NCBI GenBank assembly: GCA_041613315.1 | Contig: JBFJHJ010000011.1 | Coordinates: 10,531-74,530 of the forward strand | Length of the DNA: 64,000 bases | Direction: 5' to 3' | From: Gemmatimonadales bacterium | GTDB taxonomy: Bacteria; Gemmatimonadota; Gemmatimonadetes; Gemmatimonadales; GWC2-71-9 | Shown: in pieces, positions 50,983-61,672 of the stretch | How positions within the stretch are numbered: the first letter of the stretch is position 1 | Layout of the letters: every line of letters begins with the position of its first letter | Notes under the pieces: generated by a model | Databases searched by the model: none | What the model saw: only the letters and a program-made list of their open reading frames with translations | Told to the model about the DNA's origin: nothing | Translations under genes and position numbers: made by a program

Positions 50983-51774
50983 GTGGATTTGAAGATCGAC
51001 GGTCGCGTCGCCCTGGTGTGCGGCTCCACGAGCGGCCTCGGTCGCGCGATCGCCACGAGCTTCGCGACCGAGGGATGCCGCGTCGCGGTCAATGGGCGGG
51101 ACGACGAACGGCTGACTCAGGCCGTGGCGCACGTCGCCTCCCACGCGTCGGAGGCCGTCCAGGGCTTCCGAGCCGACGTGAGCGATCAGGGGCAGGCGGA
51201 GGACCTCGTGCAGCGCGTCGCCAAACGATTCGGCTCGGTCGACATCCTCGTGTGCAACGCCGGCGGCCCGCCGGCGGTGCACTTCGGTGACGCGGCGGCG
51301 GAGAGCTGGCAGGCCGCGCTCGATCTCAATCTGCTGTCCACGATCCACCTGTGCCGCGCCGCCGTCCCGGCGATGCGACGCCGCCAGTGGGGTCGCATCA
51401 TCTGTCTCACGAGCATCGCCGCGAAGCAGCCGCTGTCGGACCTCATCCTGTCGTCCACGGCCCGCGCCGGTGTCCTCGCGTTCGCGAAGGCGCTGGCGCG
51501 GGACGTGGCGCCGCACGGGATCACGGTGAACTCGGTGTGCCCGGGGTACATGCACACGCAACGGGTGGATGAGCTGATCGAGCGGCAGGTGACGCAGCTG
51601 GCGCGGTCGCGAGACGCGGTGGTCGGCGCGATCGTGGCGGAGATCCCGATGGGCCGCATGGGGGAGCCTGCCGAGCTCGCGCACGCGGTCGCGTTCCTGG
51701 CCTCGGATCGGGCCAGTTACATCACGGGCGCCGCCCTCCAGGTGGACGGCGGCTTCATTCGGAGCATCGTCTAA
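50983..51774 (+). CDS. Short-chain dehydrogenase/reductase (BKR-like, atypical active site)
   Basis: CGSTSGLG, VCNAGGP, 'LSSTAR' in place of YxxxK, VDGG; GGAGG RBS before GTG 50983. Confidence 0.88.
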   Translation: MDLKIDGRVALVCGSTSGLGRAIATSFATEGCRVAVNGRDDERLTQAVAHVASHASEAVQGFRADVSDQGQAEDLVQRVAKRFGSVDILVCNAGGPPAVHFGDAAAESWQAALDLNLLSTIHLCRAAVPAMRRRQWGRIICLTSIAAKQPLSDLILSSTARAGVLAFAKALARDVAPHGITVNSVCPGYMHTQRVDELIERQVTQLARSRDAVVGAIVAEIPMGRMGEPAELAHAVAFLASDRASYITGAALQVDGGFIRSIV

Positions 51775-51789
51775 GGCGCCCTCGAGCCC

Positions 51790-52830
51790 ATGCGCGCCAT
51801 CACGAAGCCCGCCGCGTCGCCCGGCCTGACCGTGACCGACGTGCCCATCCCCACCTGCGGGCCGCTCGACGTCGTGATCCGGGTGCGCCACGCCGGCGTG
51901 TGCGGCACCGATCTGCACATCGCCGACTGGAACGAGTGGGCACGGAGCCGGATTCGCCCCCCCATCGTCGTCGGACACGAGTTCGCCGGCGAGATCGCGG
52001 CGGTGGGCGAGGACGTGGGCGCCGAATTCGCCGAGGGCCAACTCGTCACGGCCGAAGGTCACATCGTCTGTGGACACTGCCGGCAGTGCCGCACCGGCAA
52101 CGCGCACATCTGCCAGCGTACGCAGATCATCGGCGTCGATCGCGACGGCGCCTTCGCCGAGTACATCGCCATGCCCGCGATCAACGTGATGCCCCTGAAC
52201 GGGATCCCCACCGCCGTCGGAGCGATCATGGACCCGCTCGGCAACGCGTTCCATACCGTGCTCACCGGCGAGGTCTCCGGCGCCGCGGTGCTCATCCTCG
52301 GGTGCGGCCCGATCGGGTGCTTTGCCGTGGGTATCGCGCGGGCCGCCGGCGCGAGCCGCGTCATCGCGTCCGACGTGAATCCGACACGGCTGCAGTTGGC
52401 CCAGCGGATGGGCGCTCACGTCCTGCTCAACCCCACGAGAGACGACGTGGTCGCCCGTGTCTTGGACGAGACCGGCAACGAGGGCGCGGACCTCGTCTGC
52501 GAGATGTCGGGACACCCCGACGCGATCGCCCAGGCGTTCCGCGCCGCACGCCTCGGCGGACGCGTGAACCTCCTCGGGCTCCCCAAGGGCGCCGTGCCGC
52601 TGCAACTCGGGGCGGATGTGATCTTCAAGGGCCTCACCGTGTACGGCGTCATCGGCCGCAAGATGTACGAAACCTGGAATCAGATGCGCAGCTTTCTCGG
52701 CTCGGGCCTCCTCGACCCGACGCCCGTCGTCACCCACACGTTCCGGCTCGAGCAGATCGACGAAGCCCTGGAGACGATCCGCTCCGGCGAAGCCGGCAAG
52801 GTGATCCTCGAGATCGGGGGAGACGGATGA
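51790..52830 (+). CDS. tdh: L-threonine 3-dehydrogenase
   Basis: GVCGTDLHI, GHEFAG, EGHIVCGHCRQCRTG, GVIGRKMYETW; adjacent to kbl. Confidence 0.95.
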   Translation: MRAITKPAASPGLTVTDVPIPTCGPLDVVIRVRHAGVCGTDLHIADWNEWARSRIRPPIVVGHEFAGEIAAVGEDVGAEFAEGQLVTAEGHIVCGHCRQCRTGNAHICQRTQIIGVDRDGAFAEYIAMPAINVMPLNGIPTAVGAIMDPLGNAFHTVLTGEVSGAAVLILGCGPIGCFAVGIARAAGASRVIASDVNPTRLQLAQRMGAHVLLNPTRDDVVARVLDETGNEGADLVCEMSGHPDAIAQAFRAARLGGRVNLLGLPKGAVPLQLGADVIFKGLTVYGVIGRKMYETWNQMRSFLGSGLLDPTPVVTHTFRLEQIDEALETIRSGEAGKVILEIGGDG

Positions 52831-54026
52831 GGTCGTCCGTGGATCAGCGTCTCCAGCAGGAGCTAGACCAGTTCAAGCGGGACGGCGTCTACAAGCGCCT
52901 CAACTACCTCGACTCCCCGCAGGACGCCCGCGTCGAAATGGAAGGCCGGGGAGAGATCATCATCCTCTCGAGCAATAACTATCTCGGCCTGTCGGCGGCG
53001 GCACCCGTGGTGGCGGCCGGCAAGGCGGCGCTCGATCGCTTCGGGGCAGGCACGGCGAGCGTCCGCTTCATTTGCGGGACGTTCACCATCCATCGGGCCC
53101 TGGAAGCGGCGCTCGCCGACTTCGTGGGCACCGACACCTCGCTCAGCTACGTCTCCTGCTGGAACGCCAACGAAGGGCTGGTCGCGACTCTGCTCGGGCC
53201 GGACGACGTCGTCATCTCCGATGCGCTGAACCACGCGTCCATCATCGATGCGATCCGGCTCGCCAAGAGCATCAGCAAGTGTCGCGCCGCGATCTACGAC
53301 CATTCCGACATGGACGACCTCGCCGCGAAGCTCCGGGCGGCGCAGGGCGCCCGCACCCGCCTGATCTTCACCGACGGGGTGTTCTCGATGGAGGGCGACG
53401 TGGCGCGGCTCCCTGAGATCCTGGAACTCGCCCATCGGCACGACGCGATCGTGGCCGTAGACGACTCCCACGGTACCGGCGTGCTGGGCACACACGGCCG
53501 TGGGACGGCGGAACACCACGGCGTGCTGGGCGACGTGGACATCATCACCTCGACCTTGGGCAAGGCCCTGGGCGGCGCCGCCGGTGGGTTCACGGCCTCC
53601 TCGGCGGCGTTGTGCGACTACCTCGTGCAGCGGTCGCGGCCGCAGCTCTTCTCGAACGCGCTACCGTGCACCGTCGCGGCCAGCGCCCTCGCCGCCGTGG
53701 AGGAGCTGCGGGCCCACCCCGAGCGTGTCACCCGGCTACACGAGAACGCCCGCTACTTCCGCGACCGGCTGACCGAGCTGGGCTTCCGGCCGCTCGAGGG
53801 GTCGACCCCCATCATCCCAGTGATCCTGGGCGAGAGCGCCACGGCGATCCGCATGAGCGACCTGCTGCTGGACGAAGGCGTGTTCGTCACCGGATTCGGC
53901 TACCCCGTGGTCCCCAAAGGGCAGGCACGAGTGCGCTGCCAGATCTCCGCCGCCCACACGCGGGACGACCTGGACCAAGCGCTGGCCGCGTTCCGCACGG
54001 CCGGGACGAAGCTGGGCCTGATCTGA
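52827..54026 (+). CDS. kbl: Glycine C-acetyltransferase (2-amino-3-ketobutyrate CoA ligase)
   Basis: SNNYLGL, SVRFICGT, DGVFSMEG, STLGKALGGAAGG, PVVPKGQARVR; ATGA overlap with tdh. Confidence 0.94.
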   Translation: MRSSVDQRLQQELDQFKRDGVYKRLNYLDSPQDARVEMEGRGEIIILSSNNYLGLSAAAPVVAAGKAALDRFGAGTASVRFICGTFTIHRALEAALADFVGTDTSLSYVSCWNANEGLVATLLGPDDVVISDALNHASIIDAIRLAKSISKCRAAIYDHSDMDDLAAKLRAAQGARTRLIFTDGVFSMEGDVARLPEILELAHRHDAIVAVDDSHGTGVLGTHGRGTAEHHGVLGDVDIITSTLGKALGGAAGGFTASSAALCDYLVQRSRPQLFSNALPCTVAASALAAVEELRAHPERVTRLHENARYFRDRLTELGFRPLEGSTPIIPVILGESATAIRMSDLLLDEGVFVTGFGYPVVPKGQARVRCQISAAHTRDDLDQALAAFRTAGTKLGLI

Positions 54027-54384
54027 GCATGAGGTCCTCGGGCCGGAGGCAGGACGGCGGCATGAGTGAGCGCTCGCATCGTGGCCTGGCGCAGGCGGGC
54101 CGCTTCGCCATCGGACCGCGACCCGACGGTCAGGCGAATTCGGTGACGGGCGGCACGGACTTCAAGTCGTTTCGCGGTATGATGGGGTAACCCCTCTGCT
54201 CGCAATGCGCTAGAAAGCCGCACGGCGAGGGTCACAGGCTCGCGTTTTTCGCCGGGAGTCCCTATTTTGGGGGCCGCGCGTGCGGAACGTCAACGATCAA
54301 CCCGTCCGCGCCTCGCCCGTCCGCAGAAGCGACTGGCGGCCCAGCACGAGCCCGGCTGGGGCGACATACTTGGAGGAGCCGAAG

Positions 54385-55047
54385 ATGCGAAAGGTTTCCG
54401 CCGGCCTGTTGAGCGCCGCGCTGCTCGGCCTCGCGGCCCCGCCCGCGTGGGCGCAACGGGAAGAGGCGTGGCAGAACAAATGGTTCTGGGGGGCGCAGTC
54501 GGGCCTCTATTTCTATAAGACCCCGACCCAGAACTGGGACGCCGCCATCGATATCGGCGGCCACTGGCTCATCACCCGCAGCCGCACGGCGCTCTTCCTC
54601 GCGCTCGACGAGATCATCTTCCAGGGTGGCGCCTCCTCGGCGGTGACCAACATCCTGAACCCGGCCGGCTTCACCGAGGTGACCTTCACTCGCGGCCGGC
54701 GGGTCCAGGCCAACGTCATGGCGGTGCCGATGAGCACCAACATCCAGATCATGCTGGGGGCGGGCTTTGCGATCCATCAGGTGATGAACGCGGAACCCGT
54801 CGGCCCGTTCGGCTCCGAGCTGGAGCTCAACGCGGCGTTCCGAGCCATCGACGAGCATTCCACCAAGGCGTTTGCCGTGTTCGCCGGCAGCGCCCAGTTC
54901 TGGTACGGGCGGCTCGCGTTGTTCGGGAACTTCCAGTACATGCCGGCCGGTAACGAGTTCCTCATCACGAGCGGCCAGCATGTGATCACGGGCGGCCTGC
55001 GGATCGCCCTGAGTGGCTCGAACGAGAAGCTGGGCACCACGCGGTAA
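54385..55047 (+). CDS. Exported protein, probable outer-membrane beta-barrel
   Basis: GGAGGAG RBS, signal peptide ending AWAQ, aromatic amphipathic strands. Confidence 0.7.
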   Translation: MRKVSAGLLSAALLGLAAPPAWAQREEAWQNKWFWGAQSGLYFYKTPTQNWDAAIDIGGHWLITRSRTALFLALDEIIFQGGASSAVTNILNPAGFTEVTFTRGRRVQANVMAVPMSTNIQIMLGAGFAIHQVMNAEPVGPFGSELELNAAFRAIDEHSTKAFAVFAGSAQFWYGRLALFGNFQYMPAGNEFLITSGQHVITGGLRIALSGSNEKLGTTR

Positions 55048-55067
55048 CGCAGCGGCGTCCCAACGCC

Positions 55068-55108
55068 CGGGGGGCCCGGACCGGCATCGGTCCGGGCCCC
55101 CCGTTTTT
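55068..55108 (+). terminator. Rho-independent terminator
   Basis: 16-bp perfect stem CGGGGGGCCCGGACCG-GCAT-CGGTCCGGGCCCCCCG followed by TTTTT. Confidence 0.9.
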
Positions 55109-55126
55109 CGTAGGTCGGCACGTCCG

Positions 55127-55726
55127 CTAGCGGCGCCGCGAGACGAACGGCGATTCTGCGAGGAAAAACCGCAGGGGCCAGTCCGCCGCGCGGGTGATCC
55201 CGACCCGCGGTCCGACCCGCACACCCCGACGGACGGGTGTCCCCCTCAGGATCCGGACCGGCCCCCGCCACAGCAGTCGGCCGTCGTACGTACCGCTGAT
55301 CCCCATCGCCTCGCACAGCCGCCCCGGGCCAGCGGCGAGCCGGCGTGGGTCGTCGATGCCCCGGCGCGCGGCCATCGTGCTGAGCCCGGCCAGGGGCTCG
55401 AGCGCGCGGATCAGCACCGCCGCCGGGTACCCCTCCCGCTCCGTCACGGCGTTGAGGCACCAATGGATGCCATAGCTCCGATAGACATACGCCGTCCCCG
55501 GAGCGCCGAAGAGGGCGGCGTTGCGGCTGGTGCGGCGGCCACGGTAGCCGTGACACGCGGCGTCATGGGGGCCCACGTAGGCTTCGACCTCGACGATGCG
55601 ACCCCGGGTCACCGCACCGTTCACTCGCGTCTCGAGGATACCGCCCAACAGCGCGCGCGCGACACGGGAGGTGTCGCGCGCGTAGAACCTGGGCTTGAGC
55701 GGCTTGCCGGCGGGCGACCCCACCAC
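55127..55726 (-). CDS. mpg: DNA-3-methyladenine glycosylase (MPG/AAG family)
   Basis: GRIVEVEAY, AYVYRSYGIHWCLN, AVLIRALEP, GPGRLC, GPRVGI. Confidence 0.95.
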   Translation of the reverse strand: MVGSPAGKPLKPRFYARDTSRVARALLGGILETRVNGAVTRGRIVEVEAYVGPHDAACHGYRGRRTSRNAALFGAPGTAYVYRSYGIHWCLNAVTEREGYPAAVLIRALEPLAGLSTMAARRGIDDPRRLAAGPGRLCEAMGISGTYDGRLLWRGPVRILRGTPVRRGVRVGPRVGITRAADWPLRFFLAESPFVSRRR

Positions 55727-55727
55727 G

Positions 55728-57539
55728 TTACCGGTCGGCGTCCTCGACGTCGGCGCCCTTGACCACCTTCTGCAGGGCGGCGGTCATCCGCTTGAGGAGA
55801 CCGCCCCCACCCGTCGGCGGCGGCTCGGCGAGTGCCTCCTGCCTCGGGTCGGACACCGGCGCGGTGCGCGATGTCGTGTCAGGGGAAACGTCCGGCGGGG
55901 CCACCCCACCACGGGCCGGCGTCGCAGCGCTGTCACGCGACGGAGCGGCCGGCGACGGTGTGCGTGAGGCGCCGCGGCTCCCGCGACGGGGGCCCACGCC
56001 GCGGGCGCTGGCGACCGCCGTGGGTTGCGCCTGGACGGCGGACGCCGCGCGCGTCTCCGCCGCTGCCTCGCTCGTCGGCGCCGGCTCGGCCGACCCGCCG
56101 CGGGAGCCGCGGCGGTAGCGGGGGTTCTGCCTGCGCTCCGAGCCTTTGGGTTGGGCGGTGCCGGCGGCCGGTGGCCCCCGCCGGGGCTCCGGCTCGGTCT
56201 CCGCCGAGTCTCCGGCGGCGTCGGCCTTGGTGTCGCTCTTACGCGTCCGGGTGGAACGCTTGCGGGATTTTGCCCCGCGGGCCCCGCCGCGACCGCCGCG
56301 ACGGCGGGGCGCCGGCTCCGGGTCCTCGGCCGGCTCCGCCGGCGCCTCGCGTGGCATCGGCGTTCCGGCTTCGGCCGGCGCCGCTGCCGACGGCGCCAGC
56401 CCCGCCTCCGCCAGCGCCTCCGGCCCCAGCCGCAGCAGATAGACGTCGTCGTCCTGCTTGATGAGCTCGATCAGGTCGGCGTCGTGCGCTTGCCGCAGCA
56501 GCCGCTGAAACCGCGGGCGCTCGAAAACGGCATCGCCGTCTTCGCCGAACAGCTCGACCATCTTGGTTCGAACGTCGTCGGCCTCGGCGGCCTCCGCACC
56601 GACGGCGCCCAACACGAGGAGCGCCTGTCGCAGCAACTCGAAGGCCTCGGCCAACGTGAGCCCCTGGCCGGCGTCGGGTCCGCCGCGCCGCCGCGGCGGC
56701 CGGCGCCGGCGGGAGCGCGTCGCCGTGTCCGCCGCTCCGCTGTCCACCTCCTCGCCCGGAGGAACGTTCGCATTGGACCCCAGGTCCACAGCGTACTGGC
56801 CGTTTTCCATCTTGTTCAGCGACAACAGGCCGCGCTGCGACGCCTCCAACACGAACTTGCTGAACCGGTTGAACCCGGCGTCCTTCTCGTTGAAGTTCGG
56901 GTCGAGCTCCTGCATCACCTGCTTCAGGCGATCGGATCGCATGACGTCATCGTCCTGCTTCATCCGCCGGACGGCGTCCACGACCAGCTCCCACGGGTCG
57001 CGGTGCACCGGCGTCATGTCCCGCGTCTTGGTCAGCCCCGTGAGTTCGCTATAGCTGAAGTACTCGTCACAGTTCTGGACGAGCAGGTCGCTGGACGACT
57101 CGCGGATGCCGACGCCGATCACATACTTGCCGTACTCCTTGAGCTTGAGCACCAGGCTGGAGAAATCGGAGTCGCCGGACAGGAGGATGAACGTCCCGAT
57201 CTCGGGCCGCGTGAACACGATCTCGAGCGCGTCGATCGCGAGCCGGATGTCGGTGGCGTTCTTCTTGTTCGAGCCGAAGGCCGGCGCGAAAATCAAGTCG
57301 ATGGACGCTTCCGAGAGGGGGACGATGTACTGCGGATAGCGCCGCCAGTCGGCGTACGCCCGCTGGACCGCCACTTTCCCCTTGATGATCTCCGAGTTGA
57401 GCAGCCTGCGGAGCTGGTTCTGGAGATCCGAACGAATCCCCAGGGTTACGTTGTCGAAATCGATCATGAGAGCCGCATTCGGCGCGTGGGCCGGCGGCTC
57501 GCTCTGGGCGGCGCGCAGCCGCGTCGCATAATCCTTCAC
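55728..57539 (-). CDS. NYN (LabA/DUF88) RNase with LOTUS/OST-HTH domains and a long disordered tail
   Basis: [28 protein letters not shown]; '[25 protein letters not shown]' LOTUS motif. Confidence 0.9.
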   Translation of the reverse strand: MKDYATRLRAAQSEPPAHAPNAALMIDFDNVTLGIRSDLQNQLRRLLNSEIIKGKVAVQRAYADWRRYPQYIVPLSEASIDLIFAPAFGSNKKNATDIRLAIDALEIVFTRPEIGTFILLSGDSDFSSLVLKLKEYGKYVIGVGIRESSSDLLVQNCDEYFSYSELTGLTKTRDMTPVHRDPWELVVDAVRRMKQDDDVMRSDRLKQVMQELDPNFNEKDAGFNRFSKFVLEASQRGLLSLNKMENGQYAVDLGSNANVPPGEEVDSGAADTATRSRRRRPPRRRGGPDAGQGLTLAEAFELLRQALLVLGAVGAEAAEADDVRTKMVELFGEDGDAVFERPRFQRLLRQAHDADLIELIKQDDDVYLLRLGPEALAEAGLAPSAAAPAEAGTPMPREAPAEPAEDPEPAPRRRGGRGGARGAKSRKRSTRTRKSDTKADAAGDSAETEPEPRRGPPAAGTAQPKGSERRQNPRYRRGSRGGSAEPAPTSEAAAETRAASAVQAQPTAVASARGVGPRRGSRGASRTPSPAAPSRDSAATPARGGVAPPDVSPDTTSRTAPVSDPRQEALAEPPPTGGGGLLKRMTAALQKVVKGADVEDADR

Positions 57540-59122
57540 GTCGTACTCAATTCCAGGCCCACGACCTGTGCCAGCTCCCGTCGCAGCACCTTCCCGCTCC
57601 CGGTCATCGGGAAGGTGTCGAAGAAGCGGACCAGGTCCGGGACCTTGTAGTCAGCGAGTTGGTCGCGGCAGAACGCCTTCAGCTCATCGCCCGTCACGAT
57701 CGCCCCCTCCACCGGCATGACGCAGGCGCAGACCAGCTCCCCCAGGATCTCGTTGGGGATGCCGACCACGCAGGCGTCGCCGACCGCGGGGTGCGTGCGG
57801 AGGAGGTCCTCCACCTCGCGCGGGAAGATGTTGTAGCCGCCGCGAATGATCATCTCCTTGTGTCGGCTGACGATCGCCACGTACCCGTCCTCATCGAGGA
57901 TCGCAAGGTCTCCCGTGCGGAAGAACCCCTCGGCGGTGAACGATCGCCGCGTTTCCGCCGGCATGCGGTGATAGCCCGACATGACGTTCGGGCCTTTCAC
58001 CGCCAGCTCGCCGACGGCCTCCGGCCCGTGCAGGTCGGCGGACCTGAGGTCCACCACCCGGACCTCCACCCCCTCGAGCGGTCTCCCAACGGTGCGATCC
58101 CGCTTCTCGCGCGGATCGTCGAAGCGGGTGACGGTCACCGTCGGGCCGGTCTCGGTCAATCCGTAGGCAATCTGTACGTCGTTCCACTGCCGGATCCGCT
58201 GCACCAGGTCTTCGGAGACCGGGCTTCCGGCCACGATGCCGGTCCGCACAGTGGAGAGGTTCCGTCCCCCGAACGAGCGATGCCGCATCAGGAGCTGGAA
58301 GATCGTGGGCACGCCGTGACACATCGTGACCCGCTCGCGCTCGATGAGATCCAGCGTCTCTCCGGGCTCGAAGTACCCCTGCAACACCAGGGTCCCGCCC
58401 GTTACGAGCGCGGTCACCGCCACATGCATGCCGAAGATCGTGAAGACGGGCACCGCCACCAAGACGCGATCCCCACCGGTCTGGCGGAGCGCTTCGGCCG
58501 TACGGCACGCCGTCCACACCAGGTTCTGGTGCGACAGCACCACGCCCTTCGGCTTGCCCATCGTTCCGGAGGTGTAGAGGAGGCCGAGCGGCGTCGTGGC
58601 GGGGTCGCCTGCGGCTATCGCCACCTCCCGCCGCCGCCCGCGGCGCACCAGGTCGTGGAACCCGACGATCGGCCCATCTTGCCACACGTCCCCGCGGCCG
58701 ACCGTCACCACGTGCTGGAGATCTGGCAACTCCCGGAGCAGTTCGTCGAAGAGCTCGAGGTCATCGGACCCCGCCGCACTGTCCTGCGGCACGGATTCCG
58801 GGACCATCACCAGCTTCGCCTCCGCGTGGCGCAACTGGTACTTGAGCTCGTGATCGCTGACCCCCGGGTTGAGCGGCACGAACACGGCATCGAGCTTGGC
58901 GGCCGCCAAGAGGCCGACGATCCACTCGGGCCAGTTCGGCAGATCCACGGCGATGCGGTCGCCCGCGGCGACTCCCAGGTCGCGGAAGGCCCCCGCCAGC
59001 GCCGTCGCCTGGTCGTCGACGTCGGCGTAACTGAGCCGCCGCTCGCCGAAGACCACGCACTCCCGGTCCGGATGCTCCCGGACCCGCTCGCCAAGACACA
59101 GCGCCAGATGATGTTGCTCCAA
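57536..59122 (-). CDS. AMP-binding acyl-CoA synthetase
   Basis: [43 protein letters not shown]. Confidence 0.93.
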   Translation of the reverse strand: MEQHHLALCLGERVREHPDRECVVFGERRLSYADVDDQATALAGAFRDLGVAAGDRIAVDLPNWPEWIVGLLAAAKLDAVFVPLNPGVSDHELKYQLRHAEAKLVMVPESVPQDSAAGSDDLELFDELLRELPDLQHVVTVGRGDVWQDGPIVGFHDLVRRGRRREVAIAAGDPATTPLGLLYTSGTMGKPKGVVLSHQNLVWTACRTAEALRQTGGDRVLVAVPVFTIFGMHVAVTALVTGGTLVLQGYFEPGETLDLIERERVTMCHGVPTIFQLLMRHRSFGGRNLSTVRTGIVAGSPVSEDLVQRIRQWNDVQIAYGLTETGPTVTVTRFDDPREKRDRTVGRPLEGVEVRVVDLRSADLHGPEAVGELAVKGPNVMSGYHRMPAETRRSFTAEGFFRTGDLAILDEDGYVAIVSRHKEMIIRGGYNIFPREVEDLLRTHPAVGDACVVGIPNEILGELVCACVMPVEGAIVTGDELKAFCRDQLADYKVPDLVRFFDTFPMTGSGKVLRRELAQVVGLELSTT

Positions 59123-59230
59123 ATCCCCCTCGACGTCCGGAGCCTTTGAAATTAATAGACTTAGAGGAGCGGTACAAGCAGTCGCAGACGCAGCCGAGGG
59201 CGAGCCGACCCGCGCTCGAGGGGCGGCCCT

Positions 59231-59650
59231 CTACTCTCCCACCACCTTGATCACGACCCGCTTCTTCCGTTTGCCATCCCATTCGCCGTAGAACACCCGC
59301 TGCCAGGGTCCAAGGTCGAGTGCGCTCGCCGTAATCGGAACGACGACCTCGTGCCCGATCGTCAAACTCCGCAAATGGGCCGCCGCGTTGTCCTCGCCCG
59401 TCTCGTTGTGGCGGTACCGCTCGGGATCCCACGGCGCCACGGTCTCCTCGAGCCACCGGAGAATGTCCTGCCACAGCCCGGACTCGTGGTCATTCACGAA
59501 CACCGACGCGGTGATGTGCATCGCCGACACCAGGACGAACCCCTCGCGCACCCCGCTGGTGGCGACCTGCTCGGCCACGTCGTCGGTGATGTCGATGATC
59601 TCCTGACGGCGTTTCGTCTTGAACCACAGGTAGTGCGTGTGGGATCTCAT
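59231..59650 (-). CDS. yjbQ: YjbQ/UPF0047 family protein
   Basis: [46 protein letters not shown]. Confidence 0.92.
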   Translation of the reverse strand: MRSHTHYLWFKTKRRQEIIDITDDVAEQVATSGVREGFVLVSAMHITASVFVNDHESGLWQDILRWLEETVAPWDPERYRHNETGEDNAAAHLRSLTIGHEVVVPITASALDLGPWQRVFYGEWDGKRKKRVVIKVVGE

Positions 59651-59712
59651 CGGTGCGCGGTGATCAGTAGTGAAGAGTGCGCCAGGAAACGGACCGGACG
59701 AGTGACAACGTC

Positions 59713-60264
59713 CTACAGCTGCCGCAGCTCCTCCACCGTGTCCGCGCCATAGAACAGCCGGATGTACTTCTCCTGGACCGGCGTGAGCCGGCGCACGGCC
59801 CAGGTCAGGTGCACGAAGTGGGGCTCGTGCGGCTGCGTGAGGAGACGGAGGGGAGACTCCGTCACGAGCAGGTTGCCCTTGCGAGTGTTGCACGACGAGC
59901 ACGCGGTCACCACGTTCGACCACGCGTTGGCCCCGCCGCGCGAGAGCGGCACCAGGTGATCACGGGTGAGGCACTCCCGGAACCCCAGCTCCCGCTCGTG
60001 CCGGCCGCAGAACTGGCACGTGTAGTGATCGCGCGCGAAGAGGAACGTGTTGGTGACCTGACGGCGGAACTTCCGCGGGACGTGGACGAACTTGACCAGC
60101 CGAATGACGTGCGGCCTGGGCACACTCAGCCGCTCGCTCCGCACGGGGCGGTGACCGTCCGCCTCGACGAGCTCCGCCTTCCCCTCGATCACCAGCCGCA
60201 ACGCGCGACGGACCGGGACCAGGGTCAACGGCTCGAACGAGGCGTTCAGAGTCAGACAGCGCAC
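59713..60264 (-). CDS. HNH endonuclease (McrA-like)
   Basis: [30 protein letters not shown]…[16 protein letters not shown]. Confidence 0.93.
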   Translation of the reverse strand: MRCLTLNASFEPLTLVPVRRALRLVIEGKAELVEADGHRPVRSERLSVPRPHVIRLVKFVHVPRKFRRQVTNTFLFARDHYTCQFCGRHERELGFRECLTRDHLVPLSRGGANAWSNVVTACSSCNTRKGNLLVTESPLRLLTQPHEPHFVHLTWAVRRLTPVQEKYIRLFYGADTVEELRQL

Positions 60265-60535
60265 AAGTGCTCCCGTGCCGGCGACACGCTACCCGCCTCG
60301 CCCGCACGGGAGCGGGCGGGAAGTCAAAGGTCCGGTAAAGTCTATCGATGAGTGTAACGTCATGCAATGGGATACGTTACTGGCCGCGTCGAGGCCGGAA
60401 CGCCTGTGATATGGGACACAAAACGACACTCCCGTGCCAGACCTCGATTCCACGGCATGACGCGGTGCGGCACGGCAGCGCCACCGCACAGCGTTATCCC
60501 GACACGCCGTGACCCGCGTTGCCGGTTCCCCCTCG

Positions 60536-61444
60536 ATGACCGCCCTTCGCCCAGCGCTCGTCTGGCTCCTCCTCGGTCTGATCTGGGGGTCGAGCTGGCT
60601 CTTCATGAAGCTCGGTCTCGAAGACCTGCCGCCGTTCACGTTCGCCGGGCTCCGGTTCGCCATCGCCGCCCTTCCGCTGGCGGTGCTCATGGCCCTCGGG
60701 CGGCGCCCCGTGCCCCATTTGGGCGACTGGTGGCTCATCGCGTGGACCGGGCTTCTCACCTTCAGCGCCAGCTATGGCCTGGTGTTCTGGGGCCAGCAGT
60801 ACATCTCGTCCGGCCTCGCGGCGCTCCTGTTTGCCACGTTCCCGCTCTTCGGGATGCTCCTGGCGCACCGGGCGCTCCCCGCCGAGCGGATGACCGTCGC
60901 GCGCGCAGCCGGAATCTTCCTCGCGATCGCCGGCGTGGGCGTCGTGTTCTCGAAGCAGCTGGGCGGGCAGGGGATGTTGGCCCTGTGGGGGAGCGTCGCG
61001 GTCCTGCTCGGCGCCGCCGCCGCCGCCTACGCCGACGTGGCCGTGAAACACGGGGGCGGCCACCTGGACCCCGTCGTCCTCACCCTGGGCCAGATGGTGG
61101 CGGGGACTCCCCCGCTCCTGATGGTGGGGTACGCGGTCGAGGGCAGCGCGGCCGCGTTTCCCTGGACGGTCAGAGCAGCGATTGCGCTCCTGTACCTCTC
61201 GATCGTGGCGTCCGCCCTCGCGTTCGTCCTGCTCTACTGGCTGATCCAGCGGATGGACGTGACCAAGACGATGGTGATCACGCTCGTCACACCGCTGATT
61301 GCGGTGCTGCTCGGCGTGCTCGTGCTCCGCGAGGCGCTCACGTGGCGGATCGTCGTGGGGGGCACGGCGATCTTGGGGGGCGTCGCCCTCACCGCGTGGA
61401 GCCCGCCGCAACCATCCACGGGATCCGCGCATCAAAGAGCATGA
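60536..61444 (+). CDS. EamA/DMT family transporter
   Basis: IWGSSW, GLRF.IA, SSGLAA; about 10 TMs in two repeats. Confidence 0.92.
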   Translation: MTALRPALVWLLLGLIWGSSWLFMKLGLEDLPPFTFAGLRFAIAALPLAVLMALGRRPVPHLGDWWLIAWTGLLTFSASYGLVFWGQQYISSGLAALLFATFPLFGMLLAHRALPAERMTVARAAGIFLAIAGVGVVFSKQLGGQGMLALWGSVAVLLGAAAAAYADVAVKHGGGHLDPVVLTLGQMVAGTPPLLMVGYAVEGSAAAFPWTVRAAIALLYLSIVASALAFVLLYWLIQRMDVTKTMVITLVTPLIAVLLGVLVLREALTWRIVVGGTAILGGVALTAWSPPQPSTGSAHQRA

Positions 61445-61672
61445 GCCCAACGGTCGCCGACGCGCGAAGGCGGTGAAACCTCCGGCCCGGGCCTGTCGTA
61501 GAGCTCAGTGCCACCCGACTGCCGCGACGTGCCGAGCACCTTGCCGCCAGGCAAGGGTTCTCGTTGGAGGGGACGAGCGGGGTCTTGCCTTATCCCGGCT
61601 CGGCACGGCGTGGCAGCGGTCCTGGGGGGGGCGGTGGGTGCCGCCCCCCTTCGTGCTGCCGGTCGGGCCCGG

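Noticed and set aside
49084..52737. 1217-aa ORF suggesting a giant TldD fusion
   Set aside because: The N-terminal ~680 aa are the antisense shadow of the SDR and tdh genes. The real TldD starts at the Tat signal (50685).
51900..54026. 708-aa ORF suggesting an extended Kbl
   Set aside because: The upstream part is an off-frame overlap with tdh. Kbl starts at the ATGA overlap at 52827.
59713..60264. HNH gene as a mobile homing endonuclease or defence system
   Set aside because: It belongs to a widespread stand-alone family (LNASFEPL N-terminus), with no intron, methylase or mobility context.
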